Shown piece by piece: positions 10,640 to 18,952 of a stretch of 64,000 nucleotides of DNA. Position 1 is the stretch's first letter; each line of letters starts with the position of its first letter. The notes under the pieces were generated by a model, which was not told the origin of the DNA, searched no databases, and saw only the letters and a program-made list of their open reading frames with translations. The stretch is taken from the sequence record LR756502.1, one strand, 5' to 3'. The position numbers were made by a program, and so were the translations under genes.

Positions 10640-11581
10640 TTATTTTAACTCACTTTTAATGAGTAATTTCATTAGTTCTTGGTGTTCTTGTACCATACCA
10701 ACTTCTGTTGTGTGGTTATCATTCATGTCATACCAAGTGTCTCTAATCCACTTTAGGTCAAACCATCTAAGTTCTGAAATCTCTTGTGATGGTTCAATTC
10801 TACCAAACATAAACTTACACTTGAATAATATAGTCGTAATCTTATCTTCTTCTGATCGGTATCTCCAATCATCTACCCTAAGTGATGTTATATACTTAAT
10901 ATCACCTATTTCAGCTTGGCCAGCTTCATCCATGAACTTTCTTTTTGCAGTATCTTCATATGAAGCGTCTTTTGGGTGAGCAAACCCACCAATAAACCTC
11001 CATCCATCTTCATTCGGTTTTTTTGCTAATAGTACCTTTGTACCATCTTCATTAAATGGTGCTATATCTATACTTGGGTGCACCTTTGGATATTGGTTAT
11101 ATGATTGGTAAATAACACCTGCTCTAAAATCAGATGACTCTTTTACCTGTTCAGACACTATCTTTCTAACCTCTGTTCCTGAAACAAAGGTGTATTGGTC
11201 AAGCTCTTTGCAATCAAATAAACCTCCACCTTTTTTATAGTATGGTATGAAAGAGTCTCTCCCACCATACATCAATACATCACCAATTGGATATATCTCT
11301 CTTATTCTCTTATCCATCTCTAGTGACCATCTTTTATCATCACCGAAATCAGGTAATGCAATAATGGTAATGTCTGGATAGTGCTTTTGAATCATTCTCT
11401 TTCTTGTTTCAAAGTCAAGAGGATTCTTTTTTGTACTTGATGTTCTTGTGACACCAAGAAATAAAATAACTTTTTTGTGGTTATCGACTACCTGTTTAAT
11501 AACGTAGTGATGTGCGTCATGTAGTTCGTGAACTTGAAATCTGCCAACGAGTGCTCCGATTGAATAACTTTTAGTTTCCAT
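10640..11581 (-). CDS. nadM: Bifunctional NMN adenylyltransferase / Nudix (NadM-Nudix, NatV-like) with a degenerate Nudix box
   Basis: VGRFQ..HDAH, KKNPLDFETRK and SGTEVR NMNAT motifs; C-terminal Nudix-like GGFAHPKDASYEDTAKRKFMDEAG; adjacent to nadV. Confidence 0.88.
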   Translation of the reverse strand: METKSYSIGALVGRFQVHELHDAHHYVIKQVVDNHKKVILFLGVTRTSSTKKNPLDFETRKRMIQKHYPDITIIALPDFGDDKRWSLEMDKRIREIYPIGDVLMYGGRDSFIPYYKKGGGLFDCKELDQYTFVSGTEVRKIVSEQVKESSDFRAGVIYQSYNQYPKVHPSIDIAPFNEDGTKVLLAKKPNEDGWRFIGGFAHPKDASYEDTAKRKFMDEAGQAEIGDIKYITSLRVDDWRYRSEEDKITTILFKCKFMFGRIEPSQEISELRWFDLKWIRDTWYDMNDNHTTEVGMVQEHQELMKLLIKSELK

Positions 11582-11582
11582 A

Positions 11583-12005
11583 TTATTTAAGTATTTTACT
11601 TAGTTTATGATCTCTAATTTCTTTTCTTATGCTTGGGATATGACTTGAGAATAATTTATATATCTCACTTCTTAGTTCGGGTATTGTTTGTACTTGGTAA
11701 TCTAACCTACTCTTCTTGTCCTCCTTGGTTAGGATGGATATACAGTGTTCATAATATTTTCTTTTTATTGACTCGTCTGTTATTTCCTCACCCCACTTCA
11801 ATATTTCCTTGTTGAATTTAGACCAATTACATAAATAATTGGTACTTTTCCTATTACTCTTAATTGAAGAAATTAGATTAAATATTGATGCTCCTATAAG
11901 GACAACAGGTATTAATATGAGTGTTATTGTTAATATTACATGTACCATAACTGAAACAAATATACGGATAAATTTCGAATCACAAAAGCTTTTTAATGTT
12001 CTCAT
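11583..12005 (-). CDS. Membrane protein with C-terminal IRDHKLSKIL motif
   Basis: Long hydrophobic N-terminal segment; 140 aa. Confidence 0.7.
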   Translation of the reverse strand: MRTLKSFCDSKFIRIFVSVMVHVILTITLILIPVVLIGASIFNLISSIKSNRKSTNYLCNWSKFNKEILKWGEEITDESIKRKYYEHCISILTKEDKKSRLDYQVQTIPELRSEIYKLFSSHIPSIRKEIRDHKLSKILK

Positions 12006-12384
12006 TTATAAACCTCTCTATTTCTTTCAACTTTTTTCTTGTTGTGGTCACATCAAGCTGAATCCTCCATCTTTTTGAGTGTTCATCATCATCATCTGGT
12101 ATCTCCTCAATAACTATCTCAACCTCTTGTTGATTTTCAGCTTCCTTTTCCTCCTCAATAACATCAAATAAAAGTTTACTGTTTGATATATCTTTCAAGA
12201 CTCTCATACCATCTTCTCTAAGAATTGTTTTCCCCGCAATAGTCTCTATTATATATTCACCATTTTCGTTAGCCTCAAAAGTGGTTCCCATATCTAATAA
12301 TTTAATTTCTTTTTTAGAATTAGCTATCTCTAGCTTAATTATCATATCTTCCTTCAGGATAAATTTAGGGCCCATTTCAAACAA
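11980..12384 (-). CDS. Hypothetical protein
   Basis: 134-aa acidic ORF; start may be ATG 12375. Confidence 0.7.
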   Translation of the reverse strand: MFEMGPKFILKEDMIIKLEIANSKKEIKLLDMGTTFEANENGEYIIETIAGKTILREDGMRVLKDISNSKLLFDVIEEEKEAENQQEVEIVIEEIPDDDDEHSKRWRIQLDVTTTRKKLKEIERFINENIKKLL

Positions 12385-12407
12385 TTTTTCTTTTTATATA
12401 ATTAATT

Positions 12408-12416
12408 TAATATATA
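12408..12416 (+). promoter_or_regulatory. Putative late promoter TAATATATA
   Basis: Exact motif upstream of ATG 12423. Confidence 0.65.
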
Positions 12417-12422
12417 GTTTAT

Positions 12423-14378
12423 ATGTGTAAAAATCATAATCATAATCATAGTAAAAAAATCTTCAAATTTGAAGATTTTGTTAATGAGAGCAAGGTAATA
12501 GAATTACTGATAGAGGGAAACCTTACAGCTTCTGATAAATTTCTTAAAAAACTATCCTTGATAAGAAGTAATCCTATCGCGGATACACTGTATAATGCCT
12601 TCCTAAATAAGACACATATTGATAAAGACTTATCTCAAAATTGGGTAGATGTTAGTGATAAAGAAGATGTTGTGACTTTTATGGCGGATAGAGGTGCTAG
12701 TAGGTTAGATAATAAACCAGAGTCTATTTTTTCTGCAAATAGGAATGAAATAAAGGTTGGTAGATTTGCTAGAGCTATACTAACTGAACTTGGACAAACT
12801 GTTGCTGATAAAGACATTGAAGTATTTGTTAATACATATAAAGCATCAAACGTGGATACAACTAAAAAGTTTGAGATGGTTAGTGGTAAAGATATTAAAA
12901 AATATTACCACGAGGATAGCTATTCTTCCGATAAAGGCACACTCGGTGATTCCTGTATGAGATATGATAACTGTGAAAAATACTTTAAGATATATACTAA
13001 AAATCCAAAATATTGTCAATTATTGGTGTATTTGGATGACAATGGTAAGGTATTGGGAAGAGCCCTTGTTTGGAAACTTAAAAAGAAAAAGCTTTTTAAT
13101 ATAAAGGACCAGAGTAAGTATGATTGTCCAGCTATTTATTTTATGGATAGGGTTTATACAACATCTGATTCTGATGTTGTTAAATTTACTAACCTGGCTA
13201 AAGAAAAAGGATGGTTATATAAATGGAAGATGACCGCTGATACAGAGCAAGGTCTTATATTTAGATATAATGATCAAATACTTTTCGGTCAAATAACTGT
13301 CGAATTGGACAAAGTGGAGTTTAGAAACTATCCATTTTTTGATACATTATCATTTTGTGATGGTGATTCTTATATAAGTAACGTTGGTTTAATTGGTGAT
13401 GATGCATTCACTATGTGTAGTACAGAGGGTGAGAGTGAACCATGTTGTGATTGTGATGGAGATGGGTATGATAAGGATAATGATGGAGATTGTAGAGCTT
13501 GTAGTGGTAGTGGTAATATGGATGATCCAAAATGTGGTGGAATGGGTCAGGAAATTTGTATTAAGTGTGATGGGGATGGAAGTATAGTTTGTAAAAAATG
13601 TAATGGAGATGGATCTTATGATTGTCCAAGCTGTAGCGAGGGTGATATTAATTGCGTGAAGTGTGGTGGTAACGGATATAAAGAATGCTCGGTTTGTAAA
13701 GGGACTGGGGATGGAGATCATTGTACAAAATGCAAAGATGGTACTTTGTCTTGTTCAGAATGTGGTGGAAAGCCTGTCACATGTAAGACTTGTAAGGGAT
13801 CTTGTAGTATAGTGAAAAAATGGGGAGTTGGTAAAAGAACAGTGAGTTGTCCAGATTGTGGTGGATTGGGTGTTGGTTTAAGTGGACCTGACTCACAAAC
13901 TGGTTGTAGATGTGACAAATGTTCATGTACTACATTTTCTGATGGTAGTTGGGACTTTTGGAGAAACACAGGAGTTGTTGATTGTGAAGAATGTGATGGT
14001 CTTGGTACTTTACCATGTATAGAATGTAAAGATAAAGAGGGTGGATTTCACATTGGTTGTATAGAATGTGAGGTTTGTGATGGTAATGGTAGTAAGCCTT
14101 GTGAGGTTTGTAAAGGAAATAGATCATATACACATGGTTCAATTGAATGTGAGGTTTGTAAAGGAAATGGTAGTATTGGAGAATGTGATAAATGTAAAGG
14201 ATCCGGATCTCTTGGTAAATGTAAGAACCCATCATGTGATAATGGTAAGGTAACTTGTCTACTGTGTAATGGTAAAGGGGAAGACCTAAGAACGGGTAAA
14301 ATTTTATGCCCATCGTGTACTGGACTACTCGATATATTTAAGGAAGACCTAAAATGTGGTATTTTTACGCTAAAATGA
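12423..14378 (+). CDS. Large protein with ~20 DnaJ-type CxxCxGxG zinc-finger repeats
   Basis: N-half has SCMR..GRALVW..FMDRVY; C-half has about 20 CxxC(xGxG) units; no J domain (no HPD). Confidence 0.85.
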   Translation: MCKNHNHNHSKKIFKFEDFVNESKVIELLIEGNLTASDKFLKKLSLIRSNPIADTLYNAFLNKTHIDKDLSQNWVDVSDKEDVVTFMADRGASRLDNKPESIFSANRNEIKVGRFARAILTELGQTVADKDIEVFVNTYKASNVDTTKKFEMVSGKDIKKYYHEDSYSSDKGTLGDSCMRYDNCEKYFKIYTKNPKYCQLLVYLDDNGKVLGRALVWKLKKKKLFNIKDQSKYDCPAIYFMDRVYTTSDSDVVKFTNLAKEKGWLYKWKMTADTEQGLIFRYNDQILFGQITVELDKVEFRNYPFFDTLSFCDGDSYISNVGLIGDDAFTMCSTEGESEPCCDCDGDGYDKDNDGDCRACSGSGNMDDPKCGGMGQEICIKCDGDGSIVCKKCNGDGSYDCPSCSEGDINCVKCGGNGYKECSVCKGTGDGDHCTKCKDGTLSCSECGGKPVTCKTCKGSCSIVKKWGVGKRTVSCPDCGGLGVGLSGPDSQTGCRCDKCSCTTFSDGSWDFWRNTGVVDCEECDGLGTLPCIECKDKEGGFHIGCIECEVCDGNGSKPCEVCKGNRSYTHGSIECEVCKGNGSIGECDKCKGSGSLGKCKNPSCDNGKVTCLLCNGKGEDLRTGKILCPSCTGLLDIFKEDLKCGIFTLK

Positions 14379-14905
14379 AGTATATTAAAAACATAAATGA
14401 ATTCTTTGATACTGAGGACCTAAAGTCCAAGATGGAAATTCCATATTTAAAAGGGGAAATTCCTTTCAAGGAAATTGTAAAAGATAAGAATATGTTATCA
14501 TATGGTGATGGACTACTTGCTAAGTTATTAATAGATTGTCCCTATATTGGTCAGTTAAACTATAATAGGCTAAGCAATACTATATTAAACCTTGGGTTCC
14601 ATAAAAATATAAATTTTGATGGTAAGGATGTATTAATATATTTTGTTATAGAGATAATGGAGAGCTCAGTAAACAATAGATTTATATCCAATACCTATGC
14701 TAGGTGTGTTAGTGGAGACTACCTATTTGATAAGGCAATAAAGAAGGGAACCTTTGGTTATCAAGGATTGGTGACCTCTCTAAATAATGAAACACTTGAT
14801 CTATTGGTTGAATTTAATAATTTTACTAATAATAAATTTGGAATAAAGTGTGTGCCATTTATAACCAGAGAGTACATGAAGGAATTTAATGTTGGTAGAA
14901 ACTAA
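14375..14905 (+). CDS. Hypothetical protein with CTS-like N-terminus
   Basis: ATG 14375 overlaps the upstream TGA (ATGA); begins MKYIKNINEFF. Confidence 0.75.
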   Translation: MKYIKNINEFFDTEDLKSKMEIPYLKGEIPFKEIVKDKNMLSYGDGLLAKLLIDCPYIGQLNYNRLSNTILNLGFHKNINFDGKDVLIYFVIEIMESSVNNRFISNTYARCVSGDYLFDKAIKKGTFGYQGLVTSLNNETLDLLVEFNNFTNNKFGIKCVPFITREYMKEFNVGRN

Positions 14906-15400
14906 CTACTTACCAAGATAATTCATTAACTCAATCATATTCTTTATTGAGTATGATAACGACTCTAAATTTTTAACACTAGCTCTTAAAAACTCCACAT
15001 AAGATTCTATAAGCTCTATACATCTATCATTTTCTCCAATATGAGCATCAATTAGTATTGACTTTTCTCCCATATTTGTCTTTATTCCAAATCCTGTTGC
15101 GTAGAAAATAAATTTGTCCTGACGTAATTTTTTTATTTTTGTAACTTCTCTACTTCTTCTATTTAGGAAATAATTTATTTGTTCATTTATACCCTGTCTA
15201 TATGATAATGCTAAAGATTGTGAATTTAATATTTCTTTTGCATTTGATGGATTGGAAAGATCAACATTCAGTGCCTTGAACAGTGGTTCGATATTTTTAT
15301 TCCAATCTTGTCTTTTCTCATTGAAGAATTCCTCCAATTTATCATTGGTCTCCCTTGTCTTACTTATTCTATCTAACTCTTCTTGATTATATACGTTCAT
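14906..15400 (-). CDS. uvsY: UvsY-like recombination mediator
   Basis: Coiled-coil protein ending YVEFLRASVKNLESLSYSIKNMIELMNYLG, the UvsY C-terminal pattern. Confidence 0.7.
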   Translation of the reverse strand: MNVYNQEELDRISKTRETNDKLEEFFNEKRQDWNKNIEPLFKALNVDLSNPSNAKEILNSQSLALSYRQGINEQINYFLNRRSREVTKIKKLRQDKFIFYATGFGIKTNMGEKSILIDAHIGENDRCIELIESYVEFLRASVKNLESLSYSIKNMIELMNYLGK

Positions 15401-15450
15401 ATGCTTTGTATTTTTCTATGTCTATTTTATAGTTTGAATGTTTGTTTGTT

Positions 15451-15459
15451 TAATATATA
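15451..15459 (+). promoter_or_regulatory. Putative late promoter TAATATATA
   Basis: Exact motif upstream of ATG 15481. Confidence 0.65.
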
Positions 15460-15480
15460 TCAAAAAATATATAAAGTATT

Positions 15481-16215
15481 ATGAATATTACAATCGATAT
15501 ATTAAAAAGTACAGTATCCAAACTAGGATATAAATGGTATACGGATCGTCCGAATCTTATAGGAATTAGAACTACATTGCAAATACCCGATGTCTTTAAT
15601 GATGTTTTCTGTCTTGTTTGGAAGCAAGATGTTATACCAACTGGTTTAACTGATATTAAAAGGCAGGAATGGTTGAATAAAAATCTTTTCTATGGAAAAA
15701 CTGGATTACCTTTATCTGTTGATGGTGATTTTGGATCAAATTCTCAATTTGCAATGGATCAATATAATCAAGTTGTTGGTGAGGAAAGATTGAAATTTTG
15801 GGTTATAACAACTGACCCTGGTACATTTTGGCTAAATAATCCATATAGCTCACTTGGAACTGCTGTTTTGAAACCTGGTCAATGGGTAGATTGTTGGTCA
15901 TTAGGATTACACCAAGGAAAAGCTGACCATCCAGCTTTTGTGCAAGTGGGTAAAGTTACTGTCTTTAGAGATAATGATAAGGATTCTATTTCAGAAGAGC
16001 AAGGAAAAGAAGAATCTGGGCTATTTGGAATAAACATTCACAGATCAAATGCAACTAGCAAATCAATGGTCATAGGGAAATGGTCGGCTGGATGTATGGT
16101 TTTTCAGACAAAGTCTGATCATGATCAATTAAGATCCATATGTGATCAGTATAAATCTAAAGTAAATAATAGATTTACATATACCCTTTTAAGAGAAAAA
16201 GAGTTATCAATATAA
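15481..16215 (+). CDS. Putative cell-wall peptidase (YkuD/L,D-transpeptidase-like) with inserted peptidoglycan-binding motif
   Basis: GINIH...WSAGC catalytic His/Cys motif; internal VDGDFGSNSQFAMDQYNQ resembles PG_binding_1. Confidence 0.65.
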   Translation: MNITIDILKSTVSKLGYKWYTDRPNLIGIRTTLQIPDVFNDVFCLVWKQDVIPTGLTDIKRQEWLNKNLFYGKTGLPLSVDGDFGSNSQFAMDQYNQVVGEERLKFWVITTDPGTFWLNNPYSSLGTAVLKPGQWVDCWSLGLHQGKADHPAFVQVGKVTVFRDNDKDSISEEQGKEESGLFGINIHRSNATSKSMVIGKWSAGCMVFQTKSDHDQLRSICDQYKSKVNNRFTYTLLREKELSI

Positions 16216-16668
16216 TGGTTGGGTATATTTATTTACTAAAATGTCCTCTAACAGAGGAAGTTAAATATATTGGGTTAACAAGAAATTATAAGAAAAGAAA
16301 AAGTCAACATAGATGCTATAGCGAATCTATGTCTAAGAACCATCAATATAATAAGTGGAAAGATACTCTAAAACTATCTGGAAAGAGACCTATTTTTGAA
16401 ATTATTGAAGAGAACTAGTGAATCTCTAAAGGGTGAGAATAACCCAAATTACAAAGGGGTAAATTGTACTAGGGAATGGAAAGAAAGTCAGTCCAAGTCA
16501 CAAAGCAAAACTCCACTATTAATATATGATGGTGATATCTTAATCAAAGAGTTTTCTAATTCTAAAGAGGCTGCTCAATTTTTAAATTGTTCTGAATCTA
16601 ACATAAGGGAATGTAAGAGAAATGGATGGCTTATAAAAAGGAAATATAAAATAGTTAAAAAATATTAA
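16215..16668 (+). pseudogene. Split GIY-YIG homing endonuclease (catalytic fragment plus NUMOD DNA-binding fragment)
   Basis: 16215..16418 has GYIYLL...KYIGLT...R; 16396..16668 in the +1 frame has KGENNPNY and FSNSKEAAQFL..SESNI. Confidence 0.7.
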
Positions 16669-16674
16669 TATATA
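16666..16674 (+). promoter_or_regulatory. Putative late promoter TAATATATA
   Basis: Exact motif 4 nt upstream of ATG 16679. Confidence 0.65.
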
Positions 16675-16678
16675 GTGT

Positions 16679-17845
16679 ATGATTAACAATTTTATAAAGT
16701 TCATAAATGAAGAGATAACTATAGGAAAAATGGATCCTAAAACACTCTCTACTATTAAGGATAACTTAGTTGAGAGATTAGATGAGTATAAGGATTATAT
16801 ACTTGGTTCTATATCTTATGATATTAAGACCAATAAGGTAGTATATAATGATGACTTTGATAATATTGACCTAAGTATTATAATGAGAGAGCTTATAAAT
16901 GAGTTTTCTCAGGACATTATCGATGATCTAAATGTGGATACATTTCTAAGAAAAATACATCAAATAATTGATTTGAGGAAAAGAAATACCAAAAAGCAGA
17001 TTCGTGATGAGTTTGTTGAGTATTACATTTCATTAAATAATAGGATTGAAAGAATGTATAAGAGAATAAACCAGCCTGAACAATATAAGGATTTTGGTGA
17101 GGAAGAAGATGAAACATCTATTCTTGGAAGAAAAGAATATGAATCAGAAAAATATGACATCCAAGTTGAGTTAATGAAACTTCAAGAGTGGGTAATGAAA
17201 AATAATAAAAGAATAGCTATTGTTTTTGAAGGTAGAGATGCTGCTGGAAAAGGATCTACAATAAAGAGATTTACAGAATATTTGAATCCTAAGGGGTTTA
17301 AGGTTGTTGCTCTTGGTGTTCCAACTGATGAAGAAAGAAAAGACTGGTTTGGTAGATATGAAAAGCACTTACCTAAAGATGGTGAGATAGTTTTCTTTGA
17401 TAGATCTTGGTATAATAGATCAGTTGTTGAACCAGCTATGGGTTATTGCACAGAGGATCAATATATGGAATTCATGGAAAACGTTGTTGATTGGGAAGAA
17501 GAAATGATGGATGATGGATTGATATTAATTAAGTTGTGGTTCTCTATTACAAAGGAGAAGCAATTACTTAGATTTGAAGCTAGAAAGAAAAGCCCACTAA
17601 AATATTGGAAATTTTCACCAAATGATGCTAAGGTAATTGATAAATGGGATATAATAACTAAATATAAAAATCAAATGTTTAATAATGCATCTAGTTCTAA
17701 ATCTCCTTGGATTATAATAAATTCAAATGATAAGAGAATAGGCATGTTGAATGCTATGAGGTATGTTCTTTGGGACATTGACTATGATAACAAGGATGAG
17801 TCTGTTAGTGAGTGGTACCCAGAGGTTGTGCATGTGATAAAATAG
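16679..17845 (+). CDS. ppk2: Polyphosphate kinase 2 with ~150-aa N-terminal extension
   Basis: FEGRDAAGKGSTIKR Walker A, FFDRSWYNR Walker B, LIKLWFSITKEKQLLRF and WKFSPND motifs. Confidence 0.93.
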   Translation: MINNFIKFINEEITIGKMDPKTLSTIKDNLVERLDEYKDYILGSISYDIKTNKVVYNDDFDNIDLSIIMRELINEFSQDIIDDLNVDTFLRKIHQIIDLRKRNTKKQIRDEFVEYYISLNNRIERMYKRINQPEQYKDFGEEEDETSILGRKEYESEKYDIQVELMKLQEWVMKNNKRIAIVFEGRDAAGKGSTIKRFTEYLNPKGFKVVALGVPTDEERKDWFGRYEKHLPKDGEIVFFDRSWYNRSVVEPAMGYCTEDQYMEFMENVVDWEEEMMDDGLILIKLWFSITKEKQLLRFEARKKSPLKYWKFSPNDAKVIDKWDIITKYKNQMFNNASSSKSPWIIINSNDKRIGMLNAMRYVLWDIDYDNKDESVSEWYPEVVHVIK

Positions 17846-17854
17846 AATAAAATT

Positions 17855-18322
17855 ATGGAAAATATAAAATCATTTGATAGTTTTAATGAGAAAAAGTGGA
17901 TTAAAGATGCTATTGAGCATCCAGGATCACTTAGAAGATCATTAAAAAAGAAGAAAGGTGAGAAGATCACTAAGTCTGAAATAGGGTCAGAGATATCTAA
18001 ACTAAAAAAGAAAGATAAGGATAAAGACAAACCAGGACTTCAACTTGGTAATAGAGATAAGACTAAGTATAAGAAACTTGTTCTTGCCAAAACTCTTAAA
18101 TCTATGAAAGAAAGTAATGAAGGAGACACACAAAACTATATGTTTTTCAGTAATCTACAAACTATTAAGAGGTTGGTTGATGATATGTTAGAAATGGATG
18201 AAAAAGAGGTAGATGATATGTTATCAGATGGTCATGGTTGGGCCACAGATCATATAGCTACATCGAAAGATGACGTTGAAGAGGTTTATAACTTCCTCAG
18301 AGGAACTAGTGATTCTAAATAG
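17855..18322 (+). CDS. Hypothetical basic/acidic protein with CTS-like N-terminus
   Basis: MENIKSFDSFNE; KWIKDAIEHPGSLR basic module; NYMFFSNL...GHGWATDHI module. Confidence 0.75.
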   Translation: MENIKSFDSFNEKKWIKDAIEHPGSLRRSLKKKKGEKITKSEIGSEISKLKKKDKDKDKPGLQLGNRDKTKYKKLVLAKTLKSMKESNEGDTQNYMFFSNLQTIKRLVDDMLEMDEKEVDDMLSDGHGWATDHIATSKDDVEEVYNFLRGTSDSK

Positions 18323-18360
18323 AATGAGTGAAGAAATAAATCTAAAAAAAATTAAAAAAA

Positions 18361-18948
18361 ATGAAATACCTAAAACGATTTAATGAAGAACTTGATCCAA
18401 AGACTTATATGTCTGCTGGTAAATCCTTACAAAGTAAGGGTCATGTGGCCAGGGGTCAGAAGTTAATTGATTATTCAAATTCAAATTCAAAAATGTCGGG
18501 TATTGCCGATGAGTTTGAATTCACTTCAAGTGGTAAAAAATATTTAGCAAAATGGGACTATACAAAGGGTGTATTTGAGACAGCTGATGGGAAAAGAATA
18601 TACTTAAAGGGTACTAATCTATTTTGTAATTCATACCCAATAAGACGAGGGGAGTCTCATCCACACGCATATGTTACTAATCGTAAGGATGCTGTTAATC
18701 TACTTAAATTTTTGAAAACAGTTATTACTACTCAACATCCTCGCGCCTTACCTGTTATGCCAACTATAAATGATTTATATCAAGAGGATGCTCCTAAAAG
18801 TTTGGCAATACCGAAAGATACTAACACAGTGGATAATTACTATGATAGTGGATCACTTAATAATAAAAAGGTATCAAAATCAAACTGGTTTAAGAGAAAT
18901 ATTTATCCAGGAAGTACAAAATCTGGGGATGATGGTGCTGATTTTTAA
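18361..18948 (+). CDS. Hypothetical protein with CTS-like N-terminus
   Basis: Begins MKYLKRFNEE; 195 aa. Confidence 0.75.
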   Translation: MKYLKRFNEELDPKTYMSAGKSLQSKGHVARGQKLIDYSNSNSKMSGIADEFEFTSSGKKYLAKWDYTKGVFETADGKRIYLKGTNLFCNSYPIRRGESHPHAYVTNRKDAVNLLKFLKTVITTQHPRALPVMPTINDLYQEDAPKSLAIPKDTNTVDNYYDSGSLNNKKVSKSNWFKRNIYPGSTKSGDDGADF

Positions 18949-18952
18949 TAGA

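Noticed and set aside
12423-14378. True DnaJ chaperone
   Set aside because: No J domain, HPD motif or G/F region; only the zinc-finger repeats are shared
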